A stretch of DNA of 64,000 nucleotides from the human T2T-CHM13v2.0 reference genome, Homo sapiens. The position numbers and the translations under genes are program-made. Numbering within the stretch: position 1 is the first letter of the stretch; every line of letters begins with the position of its first letter. The stretch lies in the NCBI RefSeq assembly GCF_009914755.1, contig NC_060926.1. One strand, given 5' to 3'. The notes beneath the pieces are model-generated. The model was not told where the DNA came from. It saw nothing but the letters and a program-made list of their open reading frames with translations, and searched no databases. Positions 27,700 to 41,175 of the stretch are shown piece after piece.

Positions 27700-28014
27700 C
27701 TTGTCTTGTTTATCAATAATTCATTCATTTTTATACCTTAGTAGTATTCCATGGTATAGATGTACCATTGTTTAAGAATCCACTCATTGCAGGACAATTA
27801 GATTGTTTCTGATTTTGAGCTATTACAAAGAGAGCTACAATGAACATCCGTGCAGGACATTTACTTGAACATTAGTATTCATTTCTCTGAGGTAAATACT
27901 CAAGAGTGCAGTTGCTGCATCTTATGGTAAGTCCACATTTAGTTTGAAATGAAACTGCCAAACCATTTTTTTTTTCAGATTGGCTGTACCATTTTACATT
28001 CCTACCAGCAGTGA
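27700..28014 (-). mobile_element. Old L1 (L1MB/MC-type) fragment, ORF2 end and 3' UTR
   Basis: gtagtattccatggtatagatgtaccat...aaactgccaaacc...ggctgtaccattttacattcctaccagcagtg. Confidence 0.85.
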
Positions 28015-28516
28015 CATCTTGTAATTTTATTTGCTATATCTGGCAACCGCATTCAGGAGTATTAATGTCTCACTTGCATGATTCCCCCTGCCATTTCCTT
28101 GAACACTCATCTTATTCCCCTTTGCAGCATTATTCTCTTCCATCTCCCTCTGAAATATGGCAGCTACCTGAGGACCCAGGATGCTGGCGCTCTTTTCAAT
28201 CTCTCAGCCTTTCATTGAGACCTTTGTGCCAGGATCTCCCGAATCCACATGTTCTCTTCAGAATTCTTCTTCCTCAGACTCCAGCACTGTATACCCAATT
28301 GTTGAGTCTGGTATCTCTAGTGAGCACGTCAGAGTCATGTTAACCTTAATATGCTTGAGTGTATGTTTCATTTCTTCCTTACATCTTATTAATATGCCAC
28401 CTTTTTAGAGAGAACTGATGACTCTTTCTTAAATATTACCCACACTCTGCCCAGTCCATCTGTGTGATCAAAATATAATATGTGTGTCTGTGATCTAGAC
28501 ATAAAATAGACATAGA

Positions 28517-28569
28517 TACACATACACACTTACACACACAGACACACACACACACACACACACACACAC
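28517..28569. repeat. (CA)n imperfect microsatellite
   Basis: Direct reading of the sequence. Confidence 0.9.
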
Positions 28570-29454
28570 TCATGAGGATAAAATCCATGAATACAGGGAC
28601 ATTTTTACCTGATCGCTACCCAGCACTTAGTAAATGCTAGACTGATAGTAAATACTCAAAAATATTTTAAGGAATAAATGAGCATATGTTAAATTAACAG
28701 GTTATCTTCTGGGGGCTTAATTTCATTTTTATTTTATCAAATAATCTATGTCCATTTAAAATAGTCAAATATTTCTCCAAAATTTATAATGAAAAAATTA
28801 AAAAACAAAACCTTCTCTAGCCCTTCTCCTAAGCCTCACTCACTGAAGCAACTGCATTTTGCTTTCCTGTCTTTTGTTATTTTATTCTATTCTGGATAAA
28901 GTGTTGTACTGCTGTGCTTTTATTCGTCATATCTGTAGTGGCCATCAACACCCTCCTGACATATCTGCCCTGTTTCCTGGGCTCATTACTCCCTCTGTTT
29001 TATTTTAGTTCCTTCTTTTCTTACTGAGAACTGGGACATGGCAGGCAATTTTTTGAGCCTCTGCACATCTCAGTATGAATTTTTCTTTCCTCATAGCCTG
29101 GAAACTTGGTTCAAAATTATCATTTCCCTCAGAATTTGAAGTTACTTTCTTCCATTATTGCTGATGTGAAGAAGTCTGATGTCATTCATATTTCTGGGTT
29201 TTGTTTTTGTTTTATTTTTTGTTGTTTGTTTCTCTCTGGAATCTTTTGTGATTTTTTTTCAATCTCTAGTGCTTTGATGGTAAGCCTCTTTGTGCTTGTA
29301 TATTTGTTTTCACTCATTAATATAACATTGAGTCCCTTAATCTGAAAATTTATACCTTTGGTTCTGGGAAAGTGATTGATAGTGTTCTATCCTTTAGTTT
29401 TTCCTCTTCTCTATTTCTAGGACTCTATTTGGTTTAATGTTGGCTCTCCTAAAA

Positions 29455-29622
29455 CAGGTTCTCACCTTTAGGCATGCATCAGAATCACCTGTAGAAGATA
29501 TTAAATCTGATTGCTGGGCCTCACTCCCAGTTTCTGATTGAGTAGAATTTGTATTTATGACAATTTCCTAGTTATGGTAGTTGATGCTACAAGTCCTTGG
29601 ACCAAATTTCGAAAAACACTAT
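29455..29622. mobile_element. MER5A-like MITE
   Basis: gttctcacct...gcatcagaatcacctg...gattgctgggcctcactcccag...ttcgaaaaacact. Confidence 0.75.
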
Positions 29623-29951
29623 TCTAGACCAATTCTTCAATTGTTCTAGTTCGTATCTTATTTTAAATATCTGGCTTTTGCACTCTCTGTTTCCTTTCCT
29701 TGGCCTGCATTTCCCCAAATATCTACCTTTCTGATTGTTTTACATTTCACCTTATCTGTGACATCTCCTCTGAACATCCTATTTAAAATGGTATGACACA
29801 GAAAGCAGACACAGTCACATACTCTGACTTCCACCAGTTCTAAGTAGCATATAATTCACTTATTCTTATTAATATTGTTTGGCTCACCCACTAGGATGTA
29901 AGTTCCATAAGGGCAGGGAAATTTGTTTTTTCAGTGCATTTAATAAAACAT

Positions 29952-30062
29952 TATTTTTTTTTAATTAACAGATAATATTGTATGTTTTTATTCTGTATGT
30001 TTTGAAGTATATATGCATTGTGGAATGGTTAAATCTAGCTAATTAACAAATGTATTACCTCT
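29952..30062 (-). mobile_element. L1MA-type 3' tip inserted in an L2 3' end (L2 about 29740-30120, + strand)
   Basis: T-rich tail then cattgtggaatggttaaatctagctaattaac; L2 motifs ggatgtaagttccataagggcaggga before and ctgctgtattc after. Confidence 0.7.
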
Positions 30063-30993
30063 CTGCTGTATTCTTAACTCCTAAAATACAACCTGAAAAA
30101 TTGTAAGCATTTAATAATTACTTCTTATAATTTTTTCTAACTTTATTTTTTAATATTATCATTTTTTAATTACCTGAGTCATATTTTTAAATTTCTGTCA
30201 ATTCTCTTTTGTTCTTTATGTGCTACTTTTTCTAGCATCCTGGTTTTATTATGAATGCAATATATCTATATTGACTGTAGAGTATTAGCCATCATTTTTT
30301 TTATTGCGCTCCCTCTACTTTTCTAACCATTCCTTTTGTTGCTGTTTTTTTTCCCCCAGTCTTTTCATGTGAGAGGCTTTTCTCGAATATATTCACATAC
30401 TTGCTGTGTTTTGATATTTAAGATCGACTCACTCAAAAGCCAACTGGCGGTTCTGTGGACTTGAGCAGGGCTTGTCATCTGCTGACTGATCAGGTGACCC
30501 ATCTATTTCACATGGAAACGTTAACTGTCAGCATAGGTTGTCTTGTTTTCCTCGGTCTGTTTTCCTCAGGGAAAAATTCTTCTGCTTGGAGGCTTATAAG
30601 ATTAGCAGCTAGTATCCTGGGAGCCAGGCTGAGAAAAGAGTCTAGGGGAACTTTCAATCCTGCATGTGGACTTCTGCTTAGTATCTTTGTCAGTTAGGTG
30701 CCTCACTTCTGCTCCCAGCCATGCTTACTAGCATTTTGCAGCCCAGAGGTCCCCGGCCTAATTCTTCAGATAGTTAACAACTCTTCTGTTGGGATAGGGT
30801 GAATTAATTCCCTGGTCACGGCATGATTCCTTTTTTTTGTTTCACCCTCCAGGAACCAGGCAGAGTGGAAAAGATAAAAATCAAAGTTTGTATACTTTGT
30901 ACAAGCCTTTTGATGGCACTTAGGACAGTTATTTATGGGTTTATATACTAGACTGTATGTCCCTGGAATGTAAGCATTTAAGCCTTTAACCAG

Positions 30994-31547
30994 TGTCTTA
31001 GGCCAGTTTCTCCCAGAAATAAATCCCAAGGCAAAAGATTTAAGTGCATATGATTTATTAAGGGGGTGCTCCCAGAAGAAATCAGTAAATGAGTAGAAAA
31101 AGCAGAGCCGACAAGAAGAAAAAATGAAGGAAGAGTAGACATCAGCTGGAGCCACAGCATTAGCCTAATTCCATGGTAAGCTCTGCATCATAACATTATA
31201 CCTTAGCGTTTACCTCACCTCCAAACAAATAAGCTGGGCTTTTGTACCTCCACAAAACTTGTGGAGTTACAAAACTTGACTTGGCTGACTTTCCTTAGCC
31301 AAGTCAGTCGTTGGCTAAGGAATGTGATGATGGGGTGGTGTGGGTATGGGAGGGATGAAAAGAAACTCCCATATGCTTCTAGCTCTCAATACTGGCAAGG
31401 TGACTTTGACTTCATTGCCCAAAAGGAATACTCTGGAGGTCTTGAGTGTGAGTCATTACCAGCAAAGCATGTGGAAACTGGAAGATGGGTCTCTGAGTTG
31501 ATAAAGTGGATCCCAGGAGAACTGAGCAGGCACCAGTTGTGTCCACT
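30994..31547 (-). mobile_element. ERVL-class solo LTR (LTR33-like)
   Basis: tgtcttaggccagtttctcccagaaataaatcccaaggcaaaagatttaagtgcatatgatttattaagggggtgctcccag matches the recalled reverse LTR33 end. Confidence 0.6.
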
Positions 31548-32504
31548 AAACCCTAGTATCTTCCCCTAACAATCATTTGATAAGGGAATGGCAATCCCTC
31601 ATAAACAACTTGTAGTTTAAAGAGGTTTTCTTTTTTTCATCTCTTACTGCAATTTCTCTTTAGAATGATTTTTCAGGAGAGAAGAACAGCATTTATTATC
31701 TCTATCTTTCAAAAGAGTCAGACAAGGCAGAAATTAGGGGACTTTCCTAACATTCTCAGATTCTAAATCTCGAGCTTGTTCTAACATGCTACCTCATATC
31801 TAAGAGTTTTATAAGTATTTTAGATAGGTGTAAGAAATGCACATAAATATGAATTATTTAATCTATATATCATGATTTTTTGTAATTAAAAAAATACAGG
31901 AAGTATAAGGCATAAACTTTTTTTAGTTTTAGCATGATTGTCCTATAGGTTTTCTAACATTACATAAGAAAAAGTTGGGTTAAGTAGAGTGCTCCATATT
32001 AAGATATATTTTAATTTAATACCCACCATCACTCAAGGCTTCTCCCAGTGTTGCATTACACAAAGGATTTAATTAAAGCTAATGTGAAATAAACATGTTA
32101 AAAGGTTTCCTGGAGCACAGCTAGAGGTTGATTCATTTCAAATATACTTGGAGTTCTTCCATATTTTTCCCCTATGGCCTTATTTGCATATAATACTTTT
32201 GACTCATGACATTCCTGCTGAAGTTTGAATATTCCTCCAGAAATACTGCCAGTAAAACTTATAGTCTATTACTGATAGACCAGACCCTTCCTTCTTCTAG
32301 TTCAATAATTACTTCCCCATAAAGGATCCATCTTTGCTTCTCTGCTCCTGCTAATCCTAGACCATCCACTAATCGCAGTGATATGATAAATTCAGAGAAG
32401 TTGAGAACTGTTTACCCCAGGGATGTATTCAGAACTAAATAGTTTCTATTATGTTAAATCCTCTTCAGTTACTTGAACTCTTCTTCCTTTCTGGATGATC
32501 TGAA

Positions 32505-32845
32505 ACAGTGCTTTTCAAACCTGGTGGCACATTAATATCGCTTAGGGAGCTTTAAAATATATAGATGGCCTGACTCTGACCCAGGCTAGTCAAATCAGAC
32601 TTGCAGGCAATAGTAATAAGATTATAGCTTCCAATATGATTCTTTCTCTTTTTTTTTAAATTGAGACAGGGCCTCACTGTGTTGCTCAGGCTGCCCTCAA
32701 ACTCCTGAGCTCAGGCAGATCTCTTGCCTCAAACTCCTGAGTAGCTGAAACTACAGGTTGCATATTAAAGCACCATATCGTAACCACTGCACCTGGCTAA
32801 AACGCCCCTATGATTCTGTCATTCAATCAAGTTTGAAAACACTCA
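32505..32845. mobile_element. MER5-type MITE interrupted by an Alu monomer
   Basis: cagtgcttttcaaacctgg...agggagctttaaaa on the left; tgattctg...caagtttgaaaacact on the right. Confidence 0.6.
32641..32798 (-). mobile_element. Free Alu monomer (FLAM/FAM-like)
   Basis: T tail, gagacagggcctcactgtgttgctcaggctg...aactcctgagctcagg...ccactgcacctggct. Confidence 0.8.
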
Positions 32846-33090
32846 TCCCAAACTGGAGAAATGTGACAGCTCCATTGGTGTCAGGAATAGATTTGGCTGT
32901 CTTCCAATCTTGATAGCAGGATTTCATTTCTTTTTCTGCTTAAAATTTCTCATTCACTTTGGTCTTTTATGTATGCCTGGTCAACCAACAACTGGAGGTC
33001 ACAGTGAGGCAAACTGAAAGCCTGTTCATATCTTATCTAGGGCCTCTTAACAATTTGGTATATTTCAAGCATATTAAAAAAGGAACTATT

Positions 33091-33383
33091 GGCCGGGCGT
33101 GGTGGCCCACACCTGTAATCCCAGCACTTTGCGGGGCTGAGGTGGGTGGATCACGAGGTCAGGAGATCAAGACCACCGTGGCCAACATGGTGAAACTCTG
33201 TCTTTACTAAAAATACAAAAATTACATGGGCGTGGTGGCGCGTTCCTGTAATCCCAGCTGAGGCTGAGGCAGAAGAATCGCTTGAACCAAGGGGTTGAAA
33301 GTTGCAGTGAGCCGAGGTTGCACCACTGCACTCCAGCCTGGAAACACAGCGAGACTCCATCTAAAAAAAAAAAAAAAAAAAAA
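33091..33383 (+). mobile_element. Alu, AluS (Sc-like)
   Basis: ggccgggcgtggtgg to poly(A); imperfect TSD AAAAAGGAACTATT / AAAAAGTAACTGTT. Confidence 0.96.
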
Positions 33384-34220
33384 GTAACTGTTGTCCCTTA
33401 CAGAATCTGAAAAGTGAAACTTCTCTTTGCCTCAGTGCAACTGAGCTTTACTCTCTATCCTCCATTTGTTCATCAGAAAGGGAACACCAGTTGTTGCCTG
33501 TATTTTCAACTCATCTTTGTACCTACCTTCCACTATCCTCATGGCCTGTTAACTGTTTCTAACTCTGTTCTTTAGACTTTGGTACAAGGAGTCACTTGCA
33601 ATGCTTCCAGAAATATAATTCGCTTGCCCTACCTCTAAAGATTCTGATTTATTTGACCAAGGAACATGTATTTTTACATTTTAACCAACGCTCTAGGTAA
33701 TTTTCATGCCAGTTGTGCAGCGAACCCATTTTGAAAATCAAAACTCTAATTTCCTTAGTGATTATTTTTTTCAAGAATGAAGGAAGGAATAAGAGATAGC
33801 ATGACTTTACTGTATTTTCCCTTCTATTCTGTAAGTTAATACATGAAAAAGATTCCACTTATGGAATCTTTGATGTAGTTTACAAACACGTATTCTCCTA
33901 TGTCTATACATAGGAGAAGTGATTAATTCGTGAATCTCTTTGGTCTTATAATTGGTGGTATGTCACAAGAGCAAAAAAAAATCTTTGGAAAATTACATAT
34001 ATTTCATGAATTTAATGTTTGTTTGCCCTATATATAGAATTTTTTCTAGAATAAAACCTGTATATTTCAATTCTAATTGGTATTGAGCATTTAGTGATAC
34101 TAGACTTCTGTTTAGGAGGTATTATATCTTTCCAAGGTAGAGATTTTATTGCAGTGTGATAATTATTATGAAACTTTTTTCACTTTTTGGATTGGTCAGG
34201 TTTTACTTAAACACACTTAC

Positions 34221-34589
34221 TGTATTAGTCTGTTCTCATACTGCTAATAAAGACATACCCAAGACTGGGTAATTTATAAAGGAAAGAGGTTTAATTGACT
34301 CACAGTTCCACGGGGCTGGGGAGACCTCAGCAAACTTAAAATCATGGCAGAAGATGAAGGAAGAGCAAAGTCATGTCTTACATGGCAGCAGGCAAGAGAG
34401 CTTGTGTAAGGGAATACCCCTTCATAAAACCATCAGATCTCATGAGACTTACTATCATGAGACCGGCATGGGAAAGACCCACTCTTGTGACTCAATTACC
34501 TCCCACCAGTTTCCTCCCATAACACATGGGAATTACAGGAGCTACAATTCAAGATGAGATTTGGGTGAGGACACAGTCAAACCATATCA
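34221..34589 (-). mobile_element. THE1 (C/D-like) MaLR solo LTR
   Basis: tgtattagtctgttctcatactgctaataaagacatacccaagactggg...caaaccatatca; perfect TSD CTTAC. Confidence 0.95.
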
Positions 34590-34629
34590 CTTACTGACTA
34601 CCTTCAGGTTTATTTAAAACAGTAAAATT

Positions 34630-34978
<349 letters not shown>

Positions 34979-35590
34979 TTAACTATAGCTTTACTTAGTT
35001 GTATATCTTGGCTATTAAAAGAAGCTTGTATTTTAAATTCTACATGTTAGATGAGTCTCATAAGTGGAAAACAAAGAAAAATGTTTACTTGAAAAAAAAA
35101 GCTAATGGCGAAATCTTTGGCATCAGCAGGCAGAGGCAAGTGGGGAGAGACGTGAGAAAAAAAAGAAATTGTAAACTTTGAAATTTACTATTGATGTTAA
35201 ATATAGTAACAAAATACAATTACATGCTTTGAATGAAAAATAATTTTTAATTACTAATAAGTTTACTAAATTTTAACTGTTGAGATCAACATTATTCCCT
35301 TGGGCCTAATAAAATAACTTTAGTTTTCTTTCCAGTAAAAATCTACAAGTAAAATATTTAGAAAACAAGTATGTTTTTAAAAATAATCTTTGATTAACAG
35401 GAAGTATAAATGATAAAGTTTAGTTACATTTTCATATAATATAAAAATAATATAAAATAATAATTCTATTTAATTAACATATGAGTTTGCATTACTATTA
35501 AACCATTCTATTATGCAATCTTATATTTCAACATGATGCAATGATATATGATATGGTAAAAGCCTGTGTCTCACAAATGACCATTTTCAG

Positions 35591-35662
35591 TTTCTTGGCA
35601 GTACAGAAGTGGAACAGCCAAAAGGAACAGAAGTTGTGAGAGATGCTGTAAGGAAACTAAAG
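35591..35662 (+). CDS. GULP1: GULP1 coding exon, 72 bp, [24 protein letters not shown] (start of PTB domain)
   Basis: Acceptor ccattttcag| at 35590; donor AAG|gtaggg at 35663; 24 sense codons; FLGS-EV motif typical of PTB domains. Confidence 0.96.
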
Positions 35663-38067
35663 GTAGGGAAAGGCCTTCAAATAAATTACAAGTGTATTGA
35701 CTCTGTCATGTTTTCAGCAGATTGATGGAGATCAAAGCATGAACAGCTTTGCTGCAGGTATAGCTTCACCCTATTAAAAATGAACTATTGAACAAATGTA
35801 ATCATATCAAGGAAACATTTTTAATAACAAACATGTACACAAAATTGTGTTTAAAATATGGCATACTGTTCACATTTTTCTAAGGTATAATGTGTCATAT
35901 TAAAAATAATATTTTATGGCAGTGTGTCTTGAATATTTGTTTTGTAGCTTGCCTTTACTTTGCTTGGATAATGTGAACCTATGTCCCAAATCAAAAGCTA
36001 GTAATGGCATAACAACTGTCTTTAAAAGCTAAGATATAATATCCACCAGTTAAAAATGTGGAGTCAGAGTTGATTCCAGCCAGAATTTTGCAGTGACACT
36101 GTATGTTAAAGATTTCCTAATCTACAGGTCCAACAGGATCTGGCAATGTCCGTAAGTAGCCATGGGGAAACTGGTGAGACTAAGAGAGGAGAGAAGGACA
36201 TTTAATAAGCAACCCCACATATCCTAGTCAACAAGTTTCCTGAGAAAATCTTACATAAGATGCTACACACCATGTTTTTCTAATTGTTCCGCATCTCGAA
36301 GGACATTGTTGTCACTGAGCTTTTGAAATTTACAAAACTCCTTCAACAGAATTCTCAGCTTTATCATATAAGAAAATACACATTATCACTACTTTTTTTT
36401 TTACACAGTTAAATGTTATTCTCTATAGTTGCTCTCATATTTTTGGAGAAACAACCCTTCTCTAACTTTATTTGGTTTAGGGACCATCCGGTTATTCTAA
36501 AGGAGGGTTAGACCTCTGAGTGTGCCAGGCAAAGTCAGAGACATTAAATGGTATTACTTTGCTTTGAGAATATCATATCTGGTGGAATCCACTCTGTGTT
36601 TAAATTGAGAAATAATTGAATTGGCATGACTTCTATTCTGGGTAAAGAAATAAAGGTCAATAATATTTTATCCATCTTATTTTATATGAGAATATTTTAC
36701 TAATCGTTTTAAGTAAATATGCTAAAATCTCCGAAGATAATATCACTCCCATTTGGGAAAAAAGTGGATTAGCCAACTATTTATTTCCACCATTCATTAG
36801 GTAATAATTCAGATTTGCCTTTTATTGGCCACTAGTTTTAATCATTCCAAAAGAGGATTTAAAAGGGCTCACAGTTTATGGACACATTAGAATAGGATTC
36901 TATTTAAATGCTTTTAAAATGTTGAGGATTCTGGGCATGAATCCAACTTCACTACAATCAGAATGTTTTATGAAAGAACAATGTTATTTACACATAGTAT
37001 TTCTTTATGCCTAGGAGGTTGTTTATTCAGTCAACCCAAATCAAAAACCAAAAAAAATTCAATTGAATAATGAATAGATCAAATGTAAAGATATATTTGA
37101 AATCAAATGCTTTCTAAACAATGACGAGTTTACATATATTTTGCAGGATTTTGTATGTATTTCTATGGAGTTTCATGTTTAGAAATGTACTCTGTTAATA
37201 AAAGAATGTGACCTACAATAAGGTAAAAAATTAGGTAGTATAGTTTAAAAATGCACACTTATTTTATAGTAGCTGTTTTTTCTCAAATGTCTTCCAAAAG
37301 GGAGTGTATTTAATAAGCAATTTTACTGTGCTGATTGCAAACATTTTGTATATCAGGAAAGTATATCTAAGGGTAATGATTCATACACTAATGATAATGA
37401 ATAAAACAATGCTTTTTATCTATTTTTATATATATATATTTTTTTTTTGCTTTTTTTGTGTGTCAAGGGTCAGAAGCTACAATTCAAAGTATACTAAGAA
37501 TATTTTTTAAATGTCAAGCCTGGCGCTACTGGCTCGCAATGGCCAGTAGGTGGTGGTGTGGCTCTACTAAAAAAAAAGAGAAAAAAGAACCTTGCTCTTT
37601 GATCATACTTACACATCTCCATTTTAATTTCCTGCTTATTTTTCTTTAACATATGAATTCTGACTACTTTTAAAAAAATCTATATAATTCAGTATGTGAA
37701 TTTATTTGCCATGTAAGGTAACATTTTATTTATATTTACTCCTTTTTCAGCAATATTAATGTAATGGCTTCTGATATTAAAAAAGAATTTAAAATTTAAG
37801 AATAAAAGCTGATGGAAAAATTAAAGAATTCTCAACAATGAATTTTTCATGCTTCTGTGTTTAATGATGCCTGCTTAGTTTTCAAAAAAATTTAAAACTG
37901 ACTTTTTTACACTCTTTCTATCATTTTTTAGAGAATTTACAGTTTATAAATTTTTCCTTTATAAATATAATTATTTTTATAAGTATTAACCTTTTAAGGT
38001 TCAGATACTATATTTATCAAAACATGTTCTTTATTTCCTAATCATGTTCAGCAGTTTCTATTTCTTA

Positions 38068-38294
<227 letters not shown>

Positions 38295-39864
38295 TCAACT
38301 TCTATGTATTGAATAGCATTGTTATTGGAACGAATTTTATTTTTAATAGTGATTTATATATATTTTATTAATACAACTAGTACAGATGTTGGGGGCTGAA
38401 TGTATTTCATACACAATTTGTGATGTTTACATGTAAGTAAGTATTGATATATAGATTAAAAGCTTATCAATTTCCCTGGGAGATACCCAGTGGGCAGCAT
38501 TCCTGGAACCCAGTTTTAGACTGAAGATCCCCTCACTGCAGTACAACTAAATTAAAGTTACACGAAATTACTGCAAGAAAATGTAGCCGTTGGGAATTGC
38601 TGTCAAGTCTTGTGAAGTCTCAGCCTAGTAGATTTTCCATTTGAACTCACTCTTTCTGTGTTGTATAACACTATTTTGTCTTCACAATCAGTTACCTAAT
38701 TAATAAAACATTTAGAGCTTAATTTAATTATATATAAACATCGCTCATTTCCCGCAGGATTATTAGAAATACTTTAAATTAAAAATATAAACATGAGAAC
38801 CCCAGAGAAGAATAGCTTCAAATAATAGGCCTGAAGTAGTAAATTAATTTTATTGCCTAACACTCTATATTCCATTAGTAGTTTACTTAATTTCACTTTT
38901 TAAAAAGTCCTCTGAGAAATGGATAGAAATTATATAATAAGATTGAAACTCAGTTGTGCTCCCTTTAAATTTTCTTTAACAGTTCTATTTATCAGTAGTA
39001 TATATTTAACCAAATACTTTATTTCAAGTACTACTCCATCCTTCCCCATCATTTTATGATGACAAAGGCTTGGTTATATTTGTTTGTTGCATCCAGTCAT
39101 TCTCCAAAATGCTTATGCATCACTTCCTTTGAATACTTTTTATTGGATTATTATATTCAGGGTTTAATGGCAGATCACTGTATCCATCTAGATCTACCAA
39201 GAAATAAATCCACTGAAGCAAAAATTGAAAGAAATTTACAAAAAAAGACTCTTCAAGCATTAACATTAAAGTAGTAAATAGGGAGAAAATAGAATATAAT
39301 GTTATGTAGATTGATCAACATATCTTCCTAAGATTAATTAGAAATATTAGGAAGGCAAGAGGTCTGTAAGTAGGAAAAGGGACTTAGAGGGGAGCATGCA
39401 AACTATAGAATACAGTTAGCTTAAGTTTTAGGAAAAAAAAGAAAGGCAGGAAGGAGAATATTAAACTGAATAAAATATAGATTGAATGAATATAACCTTA
39501 GGCATGAGAGTTGTGTAACATATGTTCAAAAATCAAGGCCAATAACCAGTGTAAACCTTGATATGCATGAAGGTAGAACTGGGAATTTTCTTTTCTAAAT
39601 GCAGAAAATATATTGTATAAAAGAAAAAATTATTTGGTGAATATCTGCAAAACTAATTACTAGGCCTAATTCCTAAAAACCCACTTTATGACCATGGTAC
39701 ATAGCTTATCTGGGACTTACTGTTCTTATCTTTGAAATAAGAAGCTTAGATTGCATGAACCTGAAGCTGTTTTGAGCACAATTAATTCATCCTGTTATGA
39801 AGAAGAGAGAAAAGTTTCAGAAAACCTAGATTAGAGATGTTGTGCTTATTTTTATTTTTCTTTA

Positions 39865-39995
39865 TCTCACTCTGTCCTTCTTCCCTCTCTTCCTTTCTTC
39901 CTCCCCACTCCCTTCTTACCTCTCCACTTTGTTTTTCTACCTCAGCCCCTACTTCCTTCCTTTCTTTAATTCTTCCATTCTTTCTTCCCTTCTCA
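39865..39995. repeat. CT-rich low-complexity tract
   Basis: About 130 bp, almost all pyrimidines on the + strand. Confidence 0.8.
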
Positions 39996-40972
39996 ATAGA
40001 TAAGTTTAATAATAGTGGTTGTTTTGTTGTAGATGTTTCAGGGGGAAAAAATTTAAAAGGTTGCACAGTTCTTGTCAGAGGTCACAGGAATGCTTGAGTC
40101 TGGATGTGGAAGGGGCTTCAGAAGTCATGCTCAGTCTGTTCCTGGAAAACAGCAGCACCTAGGAAACCAGCTGAGAATGCTTCTGCAGCTGATAATGAGA
40201 GTTGCTTTATCCAGACGCATTCACATAGGGGGAGAGCAGCTGACTTATTTTGTAAGCCTTCCTATATGAAAACCTTCAAATTGCTTAATTATGCTGATAT
40301 AAGGAGATTATGAAGGGAAAATAAACAAAATTAATTCATATTATTTGGGAGAGAGCTGGGATAATTTTTAAAGATCTACACTCAAGCAAAATAAATTTAT
40401 TAAAGGCAAAAAAGAAAATTATCTGGCACGAATTAGTTGTATCGTGCAGCAGTAAGACTGCTGGATACAAAAAATAGCAACCTAAGTTCGTAGAGCAAGA
40501 CAGACAGCAAGCTGAAAAATTATACCACCCAAAATGGAATAAAACAAATGGTACCCCCTGGGATAGGAAGGCAGACACTTAAAGGCATTCATATATGCAT
40601 TAATTATATTATTATGTGTGGCAGTGCAAAGCCATGAAAAGAGAGAAAGACTTTTAATCACTCTGTGCTCCAGGACGGAGCTATACCATGTGTATTCACA
40701 TCTGCCCTAAATTACAGTGAAATACACAGTGCAAGTAACTGTGACATACAAGAGGACTAGAACGCTGTCTTGCATTACATGTCATCAATTTTGAGTCAGG
40801 TTGGGATGATCTATATCCCTAGAGAGAAAAAGTTACTCTAGAAAATAACTTTTTGAAGCCCTAGAAGAGGGGCAAGAAATTCTTTCTTCTAATAGTTTTC
40901 TTTCCATTTCTTAAAAAGAAAAAGTTGGATGCTGGGGTGATTGCAGAGGAGAGAAGGAATGTAGGGAGAGAG

Positions 40973-41175
40973 TAAAATTGCCAATTAAAATCAAGATGCC
41001 CAGTAAACTTTGACAAATATTTTTTAGTACAAATATGTTCCAAATATTGCATGGGCTAACGTGTATACTAAATACTATATATATGTTGTGTTTGTGCCTA
41101 TATTTTAAAATTAAAGTTTTAAAAAGAATATTAATTGTTTAATACTCAAGTTTAGCTGGGCTCCTGAAATTTTCC
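40973..41175. mobile_element. MER53-like palindromic hAT MITE
   Basis: gatgcccagtaaactttga...ttttttagtacaaatatgttccaaatattgcatggg...tatactaaa...caagtttagctgggctcctg. Confidence 0.65.

Noticed and set aside
39782-40097. Charged and hydrophobic ORFs on opposite strands
   Set aside because: Artefacts of a CT-rich low-complexity tract.
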